Positions 1 through 9,962 of a stretch of DNA of 64,000 nt are shown piece after piece. The translations under genes and the position numbers were made by a program. This stretch comes from Elusimicrobiota bacterium (GTDB lineage: Bacteria > Elusimicrobiota > Elusimicrobia > Elusimicrobiales > UBA9959). The stretch's first letter is position 1; each line of letters opens with the position of its first letter. Under the pieces are notes generated by a model that was not told the DNA's origin, did not search any database, and saw nothing but the letters and a program-made list of their open reading frames with translations. The DNA lies in contig WOVA01000001.1 in assembly GCA_009773155.1 (NCBI GenBank), positions 104,035 to 168,034 on the forward strand, written 5' to 3'.

Positions 1-152
1 GAAAGAACTATCCCCTTAGGCGAGCGGGAGAGTATCTCTTCCGCGCCGGCGCCGAAGGGGAGTATTTCGCAGTATATCCGCAGGCTGCGAAGCCTGCGCG
101 CGATGAGCTGCGTGTACTGGCTGCCAAAATCCAATATGAGTATCTGGTCCAT
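1..152 (-). CDS. guaA: GMP synthase (glutamine-hydrolysing), N-terminal fragment truncated by window edge
   Basis: Reverse strand from ATG at 152..150 reads [33 protein letters not shown]..., the characteristic GATase N-terminus of GuaA. Absent from the ORF track because it runs off the window. Confidence 0.7.
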   Translation of the reverse strand, partial: MDQILILDFGSQYTQLIARRLRSLRIYCEILPFGAGAEEILSRSPKGIVL

Positions 153-374
153 AAGTACCTGCAAGCTAACGATTAACCGAAAGCACGTTAAGGGTCAGTT
201 TTATCTTGCCGGAAGGGCGGGGTCAAAGAGCGGGGAACCTTGTCCGGAAATTCTAACAAACTAAGGGGCGGGGGAGGAATCCTTTTGCGCGCTTTCCCGT
301 GCGAGCCGCGCAGCTCCGCCGACAGCGGCCGCATCGGCATGAAAAATATATATGAATTTTTGTAATATTGACGG

Positions 375-2471
375 ATGAGCGAGCGCATTGAAGAGCACAT
401 GATTCTGCCCGCGCGCGAAGGCGCGAGTGTGCAGTTCACTTTCGGCGGACGCGAGCTGGAGGCCCTCGACGGCGAGATGATCTCCACGGCGCTGTTCGCC
501 AACGGCATAAAGATATTCAGCCGCCATCACCGCGACGGCAGCCCGCAGGGTATCTTCTGCGCCAACGGCCAATGCGCCCAGTGCTCGGTGCTGGCCGACG
601 GCGTCTCAGTCAAATCCTGCGTCACCCCGGTGCGCGCGGGGATGAAGGTGGAGGAGCTCCGGGGCGTGCCCGGCCTGCCGCCGGCCGTCTGCGTGCAGGA
701 CGCCGGCCGCATAGAGGAGCTGGAGACCGACGCCCTGATACTCGGCGGGGGACCCTCCGGCCTGGCGGCCGCCATCGAGCTGGGCAAGCTGAACGTCCCG
801 ACGATAATACTGGACGACAAGCACAAGCTGGGCGGCAAACTGGTGCTGCAGACGCATAAGTTCTTCGGCTCTATAGAGGACTGCTACGCCGGAACGCGCG
901 GCATAGACATAGCCGACAAGCTGACCGATCAGCTGAAGGAATACCCGTCGGTGAAGGTCTGGCTCAACTCCTCCTGCGTGGCCGTCTTCTCCGACAAGAA
1001 GGCCGGCATAGTGCGCGACGGGACTTATTGCCTGGTCAGGCCCAAGGCCATCGTCACCGCCGCCGGCGCGCGCGAGAAATCGCTGCCCTTCCCCGGCAAT
1101 ACGCTGCCCGGCGTCTACGGCGCGGGCGCCTTCCAGACGCTGGTCAACCGCGACCTGGTGCGCCCTTCCAAAAAGCTCTTTATAGTCGGCGGCGGCAATG
1201 TGGGCCTGATAGCGGCCTATCACGCCATGCAGGCCGGCATACAGGTCATCGGCCTCATCGAGGCGCAGGAGCGCTGCGGCGGCTACAAAGTGCACGAGGA
1301 CAAGATACGGCGCCTCGGCGTGCCGGTCTACACCCGCCACACCATACTGCGCGCGGAAGGCAAAGAAGAACTGGAGCGGGTCACGATAGCGGAGGTGGAC
1401 AGAAAATTCACCCCCCTGCCAGGGACCGAAAAAACATTCGAAGCCGACACGCTGCTGATAGCCGTGGGACTCAACCCGATAAACGAGTTCCACCAGCAGG
1501 CGCTGGCCTTCGGCATGAACGCCTTCGTCTGCGGCGACGCCGAAGATATAGCCGAGGCCTCGGCCGCCATGTTCAGCGGCAAGATAACGGCCCACAAGGT
1601 GCTCAAGCACCTCGGCATCATGGCCGGTCCGGTGCCCGCCTTCTGGTACGAGAAGCTCGAGACGCTCAAGTCCCGGCCCGGCCCTACCGGCGCCGCGAAG
1701 GAGCGGGACCACGACCGCAAGGTCTACCCCGTCCTGCACTGCCTCCAGGAGATACCCTGCAACCCCTGCGCCACCTCCTGCCCCAAGAAGTCGATAAAAA
1801 TACCGGTCGAGAACATCATGGCCGCGCCGAAATTCGAGGGCGAATGCATCGGCTGCTTTAAATGCCTGGTCGTCTGCCCGGGACTGGCGATAACGATAGT
1901 GGACCGCCGCAAGGACGAGAGCGCGCCGACGGTCTCCGTGCCTTTCGAGATAGGCCGCGGCGCGGTGAAGAAGGGCGACGAGCTGGAGCTGACCGACTGG
2001 GAAGGCCGGCCGCTCGGACGCGCCAAAGTCGTCGATATCCGGGACTTCAAGGCCGACAGCACGCTTATACTGCAGCTGGCCGCGGACGGCGCGATCTCCG
2101 ACCGGGTCGCCGGCGTGCGGCTCTACGCGGAAGAGAAGCCGGGCAAGCCGGCGATCACCAGGGATTCACCCGACGAGACGGTCATCTGCCGCTGCGAACG
2201 CGTGACGCTGGGCGAGATACGCCGGGCGCTGCGCTCGGGCGTGCGCGACCTCAACCAGCTCAAAGCCGTCACGCGGGCCGGCATGGGCGCCTGCGGCTCC
2301 AAGACCTGCAATTCGCTGATACTCTCGATCTGCCGCGGCGAGGGCATAAAGCCGGAGGAACTGACCCCGATGACCCAGCGCCCGCTGCTGATGGAGACCG
2401 AGCTGGGGACTTTCGCCAATATAAAGTGCCGCACCGCGATGGAGGAGAAAGCCGGCTGGAGCGGTTTCTAG
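375..2471 (+). CDS. Multidomain iron-sulfur flavoprotein: N-terminal 2Fe-2S domain, FAD/NAD(P) pyridine-nucleotide-disulfide oxidoreductase, 4Fe-4S ferredoxin-like Cys clusters and BFD-like 2Fe-2S domain (HcnA+HcnB / opine or proline dehydrogenase alpha-like)
   Basis: 698-aa ORF. CANGQCAQCSV 2Fe-2S-type motif near the N-terminus, GGGPSG and GGGNVG dinucleotide-binding motifs, CNPCATSCP and CIGCFKCLVVCP ferredoxin motifs, and C-terminal CRCERV...CGSKTC BFD-like motif. Confidence 0.75.
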   Translation: MSERIEEHMILPAREGASVQFTFGGRELEALDGEMISTALFANGIKIFSRHHRDGSPQGIFCANGQCAQCSVLADGVSVKSCVTPVRAGMKVEELRGVPGLPPAVCVQDAGRIEELETDALILGGGPSGLAAAIELGKLNVPTIILDDKHKLGGKLVLQTHKFFGSIEDCYAGTRGIDIADKLTDQLKEYPSVKVWLNSSCVAVFSDKKAGIVRDGTYCLVRPKAIVTAAGAREKSLPFPGNTLPGVYGAGAFQTLVNRDLVRPSKKLFIVGGGNVGLIAAYHAMQAGIQVIGLIEAQERCGGYKVHEDKIRRLGVPVYTRHTILRAEGKEELERVTIAEVDRKFTPLPGTEKTFEADTLLIAVGLNPINEFHQQALAFGMNAFVCGDAEDIAEASAAMFSGKITAHKVLKHLGIMAGPVPAFWYEKLETLKSRPGPTGAAKERDHDRKVYPVLHCLQEIPCNPCATSCPKKSIKIPVENIMAAPKFEGECIGCFKCLVVCPGLAITIVDRRKDESAPTVSVPFEIGRGAVKKGDELELTDWEGRPLGRAKVVDIRDFKADSTLILQLAADGAISDRVAGVRLYAEEKPGKPAITRDSPDETVICRCERVTLGEIRRALRSGVRDLNQLKAVTRAGMGACGSKTCNSLILSICRGEGIKPEELTPMTQRPLLMETELGTFANIKCRTAMEEKAGWSGF

Positions 2472-2474
2472 AAT

Positions 2475-3632
2475 ATGGCAGACAAAAACTACGATGTCCT
2501 CATACTCGGGGCCGGCAGCGTGGGCACGCCGCTGGCGCTGGAGCTGGCCGAAAAAGGCCGGCGGGTCCTGGTCCTCGACGAGCTGGCTTCGGCCGGCCAG
2601 GGCCAGAACAAGGAGGCCATCGGCGGCGTCCGCGCGACGCATTCCGACGGCGCCAAGATTAAGACCGGTCTGCGCAGCCTGGAAGTCTTCTCCACCTGGC
2701 ATGAGCGCCGCGGCGACGATATAGGCTGGCTGAAGGGAGGCTACTGCTTCCCGGTCTATACCGAGAGCGACGAGCGGCTGCTTAAGGAAATGCTCAAGGT
2801 GCAGCAGGCCTTCGGCCTCAATATCTCCTGGCTGGGGCCGGAGGAGATAAAGAAGCTGGCCCCCGGCATCAGCCCATGCGACCTGCGCGGCGGCACTTAT
2901 GCCCCCGACGACGGCAGCGCCTCGCCGCTCCTTTCCGGCCAGGCCTTCTACCGGGCGGCGGTAAAAGCCGGCGCGGAGTTCCGGTTCAATGAAAAAGTCA
3001 CCGGGCTCGACATATCGGGCGGCGCCGTGAAGGGCGTCATGACCGACAAGGGCTCCTACGCCGCGGCGGCGGTAGTCAACGCCGCCGGCGCCAAAGGCGC
3101 GGAGATCGCCGCGATGGCGGGGATGACGGTCCCGGTCAGGCCGGACTGCCACGAGGCCGGCATCACCGAGCCGCTCAAGCCTTTCCTCAAGCCGATGATA
3201 GTGGACATACGGCCCGGGGATAAGTCCAAGAACTACTATTTCTACCAGAATTCCGAGGGCCAGCTGGTGTTCTGCCTCACCCCCAACCCGCCGGTCTGGG
3301 GCGACGACTGCCGCGCCACCTCCGAATTTCTGCCGGAGGTCTCGCGGCGCATGATAAACCTGATGCCGCAGCTCTCGGGCGTGAAGGTGCGCCGCACCTG
3401 GCGCGGCCTCTACCCCATGACCCCGGACGGCTTCCCTATAGTGGACGCCGGCGCGGGACCGGAGGGCTTCGTACTGGCTGTGGGCATGTGCGGCCAGGGC
3501 TTCATGCTGGGCCCCGGCCTGGCCCCCACCATAGCGCGGGTCATGGACGGCGCCCCCACGGAAGAAGATAAAGAGATCCTGCACGGCTTCCGGCTCGACC
3601 GCGAGTTCGCGGGCATGGAAAAACTGAAATAG
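2475..3632 (+). CDS. FAD-dependent oxidoreductase, DAO family (sarcosine oxidase beta / HcnC-like partner subunit)
   Basis: 385-aa ORF 3 nt after the previous stop. N-terminal YDVLILGAGSVG FAD-binding fingerprint and typical DAO-family length. Confidence 0.8.
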   Translation: MADKNYDVLILGAGSVGTPLALELAEKGRRVLVLDELASAGQGQNKEAIGGVRATHSDGAKIKTGLRSLEVFSTWHERRGDDIGWLKGGYCFPVYTESDERLLKEMLKVQQAFGLNISWLGPEEIKKLAPGISPCDLRGGTYAPDDGSASPLLSGQAFYRAAVKAGAEFRFNEKVTGLDISGGAVKGVMTDKGSYAAAAVVNAAGAKGAEIAAMAGMTVPVRPDCHEAGITEPLKPFLKPMIVDIRPGDKSKNYYFYQNSEGQLVFCLTPNPPVWGDDCRATSEFLPEVSRRMINLMPQLSGVKVRRTWRGLYPMTPDGFPIVDAGAGPEGFVLAVGMCGQGFMLGPGLAPTIARVMDGAPTEEDKEILHGFRLDREFAGMEKLK

Positions 3633-3708
3633 CCGGCCTCCCCGCCCCCGCGACGCAATAAAAACGGCCCCGGCCGCGTTACAATAATGCGGCTATAAGA
3701 CATTGCTT

Positions 3709-4971
3709 ATGAAAAAAACATCCCTTTTCGCGCTGCTATTCGTACTCCTGACGGCCCTGGCGGGCGCGCCGGCATCCGCGGAAGAAATAACCTGGGAGCA
3801 ATGCGTGCGCGAGGCGCTGGCCAACAACCCGTCGCTGAGCGCCAGGAGGCTGGCGATAGAGCAGAACAGGCATACTTACCTGTCCGGCTATAACGCTTTC
3901 ATGCCCAATATCAGCCTGTCCCATTCGGTAAGCCGCAGCGGCGGGGACGGCTCGGACGCCTCCACCAGCTGGCGGGCGGGCATCTCGGCCACGGAGACCC
4001 TGTTCAATCTTAAGACCTTCTCCTCCATAAGGTCCTCCAAGCTGGGCTATGAGAAGGCCGAGGCCGATTACAGGGCGGAATCCGCCTCGCTGCGCCTGAC
4101 GCTCTACTCCGCCCTCGTCAATCTGCTCTTCGCGCAGGAGCGGCTGGCGGCGCAGGAAAAAGTGACGGAACTGCGCGGCCAGAACGCCCGCCTCATAAAA
4201 CTCAAGTACGAGAGCGGCATGGAGTCGCGCGGGAACATGATGCACGCCGACGCCCTCCACGAAGTGGCCCTGGCCGACACGGCCAAGGCCCGGCGCTCGC
4301 TGGAGACGGCGCGCCGCGACCTGCTGGCCGCGATGGGGACCTCCGGGTACCGGCCCCTGACGGTCCGCGGGGAGCTCTCCTCCCCGGAGTACGAGCTGGA
4401 TACGCGGGACCTGCGGCCCCTGATCGAGGCTTCGCCGCGGATAATCTCGCAGCGGAAGAGCCTCAGCGTGCAGGAGGAGCGGCTGCTGTCGGCGAAATAC
4501 GACGCGGCCCCAAGCCTGAGCGCCAGCCAGTCCATGAGCTGGAGCGGACCCTACGAGTTCCCCGACCGGAGAAGCTGGTCGCTGGGCCTCTCCCTCAGCG
4601 TGCCGCTATTCTCCAACGGCCCTACTTACTACCTGCACAATACCGCCTCGGCCAGGGCGGCGCTCAAGGCCGCCGGGGAAAGCCTGCGCGGCACGGTGCT
4701 GGACCTTGAGAACAATATCCTCGGCTATTACGACGAGTTCCTCAACGCCGTCCAGACGGCGGCGGCGCACGTCAGGATCCTGGAAGCCAGCGAGGAGCGC
4801 TACAAGGAATCGCAGATCAAGTACATGGCGGGAAAAATGAGTTTTCTCGACCTGGAGACGATAGAGCAGAACCTGGTAAGCGCGCGGCTCAACCAGCTGG
4901 AATACCTAAAGAACGCCAACACGCGCAAACTGGCCGTCGAGAACCTGCTCGGCGTGGGCCTCGGCGACTGA
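3709..4971 (+). CDS. TolC-family outer membrane efflux protein
   Basis: Signal peptide MKKTSLFALLFVLLTALAGAPASA. Two-repeat OEP-like sequence with coiled regions. First gene of a TolC/adaptor/MacB trio. ATG at 3709 preferred over TTG at 3703. Confidence 0.8.
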   Translation: MKKTSLFALLFVLLTALAGAPASAEEITWEQCVREALANNPSLSARRLAIEQNRHTYLSGYNAFMPNISLSHSVSRSGGDGSDASTSWRAGISATETLFNLKTFSSIRSSKLGYEKAEADYRAESASLRLTLYSALVNLLFAQERLAAQEKVTELRGQNARLIKLKYESGMESRGNMMHADALHEVALADTAKARRSLETARRDLLAAMGTSGYRPLTVRGELSSPEYELDTRDLRPLIEASPRIISQRKSLSVQEERLLSAKYDAAPSLSASQSMSWSGPYEFPDRRSWSLGLSLSVPLFSNGPTYYLHNTASARAALKAAGESLRGTVLDLENNILGYYDEFLNAVQTAAAHVRILEASEERYKESQIKYMAGKMSFLDLETIEQNLVSARLNQLEYLKNANTRKLAVENLLGVGLGD

Positions 4972-4987
4972 CAAGGAACAAAGATCT

Positions 4988-5986
4988 ATGCTGAAAAAGA
5001 ACCTCAAGAAACTCGTCGTTTTGATAGTCGCGGCGGCCGCCGCCGCCGGCGGCTGGTGGTATTTTTCAAAGAAAAAAGCGGGCGGCGAGGAAGTGCGCTA
5101 CGCCTCCACGGCCGCCTTCGTAAAGGAACTGGCCGAGTACGTGGAGACCACCGGCGGCGTGGAGCCGCTCAACCGCATAGAGATACAGCCCTCCTCGAGC
5201 GGCCGCATCGAGAAGATACTGGTGGAAGAGGGGCGCAGGGTCGCCCTGGGCGAGACGCTGGCGCTGATGAGCTCGGCCGACCGCGTGGCGATACTGGACT
5301 CCGCCCGCGCGATGGGCGACGAGCAGTTCAATTACTGGCAGGAGGCCTATAAGCCCATAAAGATCATCTCCCCTATCGAGGGGACCGTCATACTCAAGAA
5401 CGTAGTCGAGGGCCAGACCGTCGGCGCGAACACCGTGCTGTTCGCCATCTCCGACCGCCTCATCGTCGCCGTCGGCGTGGACGAGTCCGACATAGGCCGC
5501 GTAAGAACGGGGCAGCTCGCGGAGATAATACTCGACGCCTACCCCGACAGCCGCGTAAAGGGCTCCGTATTCCAGATACTCGACGAGGGCAAGAACCAGA
5601 GCAATGTCATCACCTATACCGTCAAGATACGCCCCGCCCGCGTGCCGGACTTCTTCAAATCGCAGATGACGGCCAACATAAAGATACGCGTCACCGAACC
5701 AAAGCCGGCGCTCTTCGTCCCCTCTCGCGCGGTCACGCTGGACGCCTCGGGCGCCACCTCCGTCATCACCGCCCTCGAAAAAGGCAAGCCGGTCCACAAG
5801 AAGGTGGTCACGGGCCTCGACGACGGCGAGCTGGTGCAGATAAAGCGCGGTCTGGAAGAGGGCGAAGCGGTTTTCTACCGCGGCAGGCCCTACCGGCCGC
5901 AGACCGCCAGCGGCGGGACCAACCCGCTCATGCCGCAGCGCGGCAAGATGAGCGGCCAGCAGCGCCGCGCCATGCAGGGCCACTGA
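4988..5986 (+). CDS. Efflux periplasmic adaptor (HlyD/MacA-like membrane fusion protein)
   Basis: N-terminal TM anchor, then barrel-sandwich/beta-barrel type sequence (PIEGTVILKNVVEGQTVG...). Sits between the TolC-like and MacB-like genes. Confidence 0.8.
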   Translation: MLKKNLKKLVVLIVAAAAAAGGWWYFSKKKAGGEEVRYASTAAFVKELAEYVETTGGVEPLNRIEIQPSSSGRIEKILVEEGRRVALGETLALMSSADRVAILDSARAMGDEQFNYWQEAYKPIKIISPIEGTVILKNVVEGQTVGANTVLFAISDRLIVAVGVDESDIGRVRTGQLAEIILDAYPDSRVKGSVFQILDEGKNQSNVITYTVKIRPARVPDFFKSQMTANIKIRVTEPKPALFVPSRAVTLDASGATSVITALEKGKPVHKKVVTGLDDGELVQIKRGLEEGEAVFYRGRPYRPQTASGGTNPLMPQRGKMSGQQRRAMQGH

Positions 5987-6015
5987 CAAGCCCGAGGGCG
6001 GGCCTCCGATTCATT

Positions 6016-7956
6016 ATGATCGAGCTTAAAGGCATCAGGAAAATATACCGTATGGGCGGCGAGGACCTGGAGGTCCTCAAGGGCGTCGACCTTACGGTCA
6101 AAGAGGGCGAGTTCGTCGCCATCATGGGCCCGTCCGGCTCCGGCAAATCCACGCTGATGCACATCCTGGGCCTGCTCGACAGGCCCAGCGCCGGCTCGTT
6201 CAAACTCTACGGCCGCGAGATAAGCGATCTCGACGACGCGGAGCTCTCCTACCTGCGGGCCCGCATCATAGGCTTCGTCTTCCAGCAGTTCAACCTGCTG
6301 CCGCGCATGACCGCCGCGGAGAATACCTCGCTGCCCCAGATCTACCTGGGCGACAAGGTCAACCCCGCGGCGGCGCTCCGGCACCTGGCGGCCGTCGGCC
6401 TCTCCGACAGGGCCGGGCACCGGCCCAACCAGCTTTCCGGCGGACAGCAGCAGCGCGTAGCCATCGCGCGCTCGATGGTAAACGAGCCTCGCATCGTCTT
6501 CGCCGACGAGCCCACCGGCAACCTGGCCTCCGTCCAGGCCGACGAGATCATGAACATCTTCAAGGGCCTCAACGAGCGGGGCATAACCGTGATCCTGGTC
6601 ACGCACGAGCCGGATATAGCCGCCTGGGCCGACCGGACCATCAGGCTGAAGGACGGCCTCATAATCGAGGATACCTCTAAAAAGCCCGCGCCGGAGGGCG
6701 AAGGCAAGCCGGTGAGGGTGCCCGCCAGCTTCTTCCTGACCTGGCGCGAGGTGGCCGAGAACATGGCCTCGTCGGTGCGCTCTATACTCAGCAACAAGAC
6801 CCGCTCGCTGCTGACCATGCTGGGAATCATCATAGGCGTCGGCGCGCTGATCGCCATGCTGGCCGTCGGCACCGGCGCGCAGAAGGCCATAGAGAAGCAG
6901 ATGTCGTCGCTGGGCACCAACCTCCTCTCGGTCATGCCGGCCCGCATGAGCGCCCGCGGCCCGTCCCAGGGCTTCGGCGGGACCAGCCGGCTCACGATGG
7001 AGGACGCCTCCGCACTGGCCCGCCTTCCCAATGTCGTCAGGACCGACTCGCTGGTCTCGGGCAACGCCCAGGTGGTCTACGGGGCCAGGAACCACCGCAC
7101 CTCCGTGGTCGGCGCCGGCGCCGTCTACGCCTCCATGCGCGCGGCGCAGCCTTTCTTCGGCCGCTTCTTCTCCGACCAGGAGGCCCGGCAGATGCGCAAG
7201 GTGGCCGTCATCGGCCAGACCGTGGCCAATGAACTTTTCGGCACGGAGGACCCGGTAGGCAAGACCATAAAGTTAAACCGCCGCAACTTCTCCGTCATAG
7301 GCGTGCTGCCCTTTAAGGGAGCGCAGGGCCCGCGCGACCAGGACGACACCGTCATCATCCCCCTTCAGACGGCGATGAAGACGGTACTGGGCAAGCAGTA
7401 CGTGGATTCCATCTGGGTGGAGATGGCGGATTTTCATCTTATGGGAGAGGCCCAGGAGCGGATCACGACGATGATGCGCCAGCGCAAGGGCCTGGCCGAC
7501 CATAAGGACGACACCTTTATGATCATGAACATGGCCGAGTTCCAGTCCATGCTCACCGGCACTATAAAGACCTTCAGCACGCTGCTGGGCTTCATAGCGG
7601 GCATCTCGCTGATAGTCGGCGGCATCGGCATCATGAACATCATGCTGGTCAGCGTCAGCGAGCGCACAAAGGAGATCGGCCTGCGCAAGGCCATCGGCGC
7701 CACAAAGCGGGCCGTGCTGCTGCAGTTCCTCATCGAGGCCGTGATAGTCTCCGTCATCGGCGGGATGCTCGGCATCGTGGCGGGCGCCGGCGGAGCCCTC
7801 ATCCTCTCCAAAGTCTCGGGGTGGGCCGTCTACATCTCTCCCGGTTCCGTCGCCCTGGCCTTCGGCTTCTCCGCCGGCGTCGGCGTGGTCTTCGGCTTCT
7901 GGCCGGCCAAAAAAGCCTCCGACCTGTCCCCTATAGACGCCCTCCGCTACGAATGA
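6016..7956 (+). CDS. macB: MacB-type ABC transporter, fused ATPase and FtsX-like permease
   Basis: Walker A GPSGSGKST, signature LSGGQQQRVAIARS, Walker B IVFADEPTGNL, and a C-terminal 4-TM FtsX-type permease with a large periplasmic loop. Confidence 0.9.
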   Translation: MIELKGIRKIYRMGGEDLEVLKGVDLTVKEGEFVAIMGPSGSGKSTLMHILGLLDRPSAGSFKLYGREISDLDDAELSYLRARIIGFVFQQFNLLPRMTAAENTSLPQIYLGDKVNPAAALRHLAAVGLSDRAGHRPNQLSGGQQQRVAIARSMVNEPRIVFADEPTGNLASVQADEIMNIFKGLNERGITVILVTHEPDIAAWADRTIRLKDGLIIEDTSKKPAPEGEGKPVRVPASFFLTWREVAENMASSVRSILSNKTRSLLTMLGIIIGVGALIAMLAVGTGAQKAIEKQMSSLGTNLLSVMPARMSARGPSQGFGGTSRLTMEDASALARLPNVVRTDSLVSGNAQVVYGARNHRTSVVGAGAVYASMRAAQPFFGRFFSDQEARQMRKVAVIGQTVANELFGTEDPVGKTIKLNRRNFSVIGVLPFKGAQGPRDQDDTVIIPLQTAMKTVLGKQYVDSIWVEMADFHLMGEAQERITTMMRQRKGLADHKDDTFMIMNMAEFQSMLTGTIKTFSTLLGFIAGISLIVGGIGIMNIMLVSVSERTKEIGLRKAIGATKRAVLLQFLIEAVIVSVIGGMLGIVAGAGGALILSKVSGWAVYISPGSVALAFGFSAGVGVVFGFWPAKKASDLSPIDALRYE

Positions 7957-7959
7957 TAT

Positions 7960-8045
7960 CCGGGGACAGCAGACGTAATTCCCCGAAAACCGTTTAAACC
8001 GCGCCGGGCGGCGGGGCAGAATGGAATTACGCATACTGTCCCCGG
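7960..8045. repeat. Imperfect inverted repeat (23-nt arms) just after the macB stop
   Basis: ccggggacagcagacgtaattcc (7960-7982) versus ggaattacgcatactgtccccgg (8023-8045). The outer 9 nt and inner 9 nt of each arm are complementary. Confidence 0.5.
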
Positions 8046-8062
8046 ATTGTTATAATTTGGAT

Positions 8063-9508
8063 ATGGTCAAACTATCCCGTCTCAACGCCAATCTTCTCAA
8101 AGCCCATTACGCCGTGCGCGGCAAGATAGTCATCCGCGCCCAGGAGCTGGAAAAGCAGGGCCGCCACATAACCTACTGCAATATCGGCAATCCCCAGGCC
8201 CTCAAACAGCGGCCGCTCACTTTCGTCCGGCAGGTCCTGGCCCTCGTGGAATATCCGGAACTGCTCGACAGGCCGGAAACGGCCGTCGTCTTCCCCGCCG
8301 ACGCAGTGCGCCGCGCCCGCCTGATACTGGAGAAGAACCCCACCGGCATGGGCGCCTACACGCAGAGCGCCGGCATGCCTTTTATACGGCAGGCCGTGGC
8401 CGATTTTATCTCCAAGCGCGACGGCATACCGGCCGACCCGGACCGGATACTGCTGACCGACGGGGCCAGCAAAGGCGTGCAGTCGGCCATGACCATGCTG
8501 ACCCGCGGCCCGGACGACGGGTATATGATACCCATACCGCAGTACCCCCTCTACAGCGCCACGATAGACCTCTACGGCGCGCGGCAGGTCAACTATTTCC
8601 TCGACGAGGCCAACGGCTGGCAGCTCAGCGAGGCCGAACTGCGGCGCTCCGTGGACGAGGCCCGGGCGCAGGGAGTCAATCCGGTCGCGATAGCCGTCAT
8701 CAACCCGGGCAACCCGACGGGCGCCGTCCTCTCGCGCGAGAACATCATCATGGTCGTACGCTTCGCCCGGGAGAACGGCCTGGCCATACTGGCCGACGAG
8801 GTCTACCAGGAGAACATCTACGGCGAGGGCCTCAGATTCCACTCCTTCGCCAGGGTCATGCACGAACTGGGCGAGAAGGAAGTGACCCTTTTCAGCTTCC
8901 ATTCCGTCTCCAAAGGTTTCCTCGGCGAGTGCGGCCACCGCGGCGGCTACATGGAAGTCCGCAATATGCCCGACGATGTCTGGGCCGAACTGGTCAAACT
9001 CCAGTCGATAGGCCTCTGCTCCAACACCACCGGGCAGGTGGTGACCTATCTCATGATAGACCCGCCTAAGTCCGGCGACGAGAGTTTCGCGCTCTACGAG
9101 AAGGAAAAGAACGCCATACTCGGCGATCTTAAAGAGAAGGCCGGCATACTGGGTGCGGGGCTCGACTCCATCGAGGGGATGAGCGTGGCCGTGCCGCAAG
9201 GCGCCATGTACGCCTTCGTGAAGTTCGACCTGCCGCATCCCGACGGCACCGATCCGGAGAAGATGAGCCCGGCCGAGCGCCACAAGTACGAATCGTCCCG
9301 CGACTCCAAGTACTGCCTGCGCCTGCTGGAAGAGACCGGCATCTGCGTGGTTCCCGGCTCGGGCTTCGGCCAATACCCCGGCACGCTGCATTTCCGCACC
9401 ACCTTCCTGCCGCCCAGGGACGAGATCAGCGCGCTCGTGGAGAAAATACGCAAGTTCCACGCCTCCTACCGGGCCAGGCTGCTGCAGGGCACCGTTAAGT
9501 CCGCCTGA
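8063..9508 (+). CDS. Alanine aminotransferase (class I/II aminotransferase, eukaryote-like ALT subgroup)
   Basis: HYAVRGKIVIRAQELE N-terminal motif and PLP-lysine context SFHSVSKGFLGECGHRGGY. Start at 8063 (MVKLSRLN...) fits family N-termini better than the track start at 8021. Confidence 0.85.
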   Translation: MVKLSRLNANLLKAHYAVRGKIVIRAQELEKQGRHITYCNIGNPQALKQRPLTFVRQVLALVEYPELLDRPETAVVFPADAVRRARLILEKNPTGMGAYTQSAGMPFIRQAVADFISKRDGIPADPDRILLTDGASKGVQSAMTMLTRGPDDGYMIPIPQYPLYSATIDLYGARQVNYFLDEANGWQLSEAELRRSVDEARAQGVNPVAIAVINPGNPTGAVLSRENIIMVVRFARENGLAILADEVYQENIYGEGLRFHSFARVMHELGEKEVTLFSFHSVSKGFLGECGHRGGYMEVRNMPDDVWAELVKLQSIGLCSNTTGQVVTYLMIDPPKSGDESFALYEKEKNAILGDLKEKAGILGAGLDSIEGMSVAVPQGAMYAFVKFDLPHPDGTDPEKMSPAERHKYESSRDSKYCLRLLEETGICVVPGSGFGQYPGTLHFRTTFLPPRDEISALVEKIRKFHASYRARLLQGTVKSA

Positions 9509-9553
9509 TATTTGGTATCATTTCCCCCTATAAAGAGCGGTCGGAGGTATCCC

Positions 9554-9955
9554 ATGATGAGCGTATCGGTAAAATGCCCGCATTGCGGCAAGTCCCTGAT
9601 GGACCTGTCCAAGAAGCTTAACGGCAAGCCGGCCATAGCCGTGCGTCTCACCTACGCGGGCAAGAACGCCCCGCTCTACCTCAGCTCCCTCTACGGGAGC
9701 TACGACGTAGAAACCGCCCTCCCCATGCCGCTCAACAAGATCGCGGGGTTCCGCTGCCCGCAGTGCAAGGCCGACCTCAAGAGCACCCGCAAGTGCGATG
9801 TCTGCTCGGCGCAGATGGTGGCCTTCGACCTCAAGCAGGGCGGACAGGTGCAGATCTGCGCCCGCAGGGGCTGCAAGAAGCATATCCTTGAGTTCCAGGA
9901 CCCCAACAACGAGCTGCAGGCTTTCTACAAGTCCTACGTAAAGTCCTTCAAGTGA
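9554..9955 (+). CDS. Small Cys-rich zinc-ribbon protein, function unknown
   Basis: GGAGG 6 nt upstream of the ATG at 9554. Contains CPHCG...CPQC...CDVC...CARRGC metal-binding-type pairs. Confidence 0.5.
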   Translation: MMSVSVKCPHCGKSLMDLSKKLNGKPAIAVRLTYAGKNAPLYLSSLYGSYDVETALPMPLNKIAGFRCPQCKADLKSTRKCDVCSAQMVAFDLKQGGQVQICARRGCKKHILEFQDPNNELQAFYKSYVKSFK

Positions 9956-9962
9956 GGCAGGG

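Noticed and set aside
188-572. ORFs 188-508(-) and 261-572(-) in the guaA / flavoprotein divergent region
   Set aside because: They overlap the well-supported 375-2471 gene antisense and extend into promoter-like AT-rich DNA. They have no SD and no motifs.
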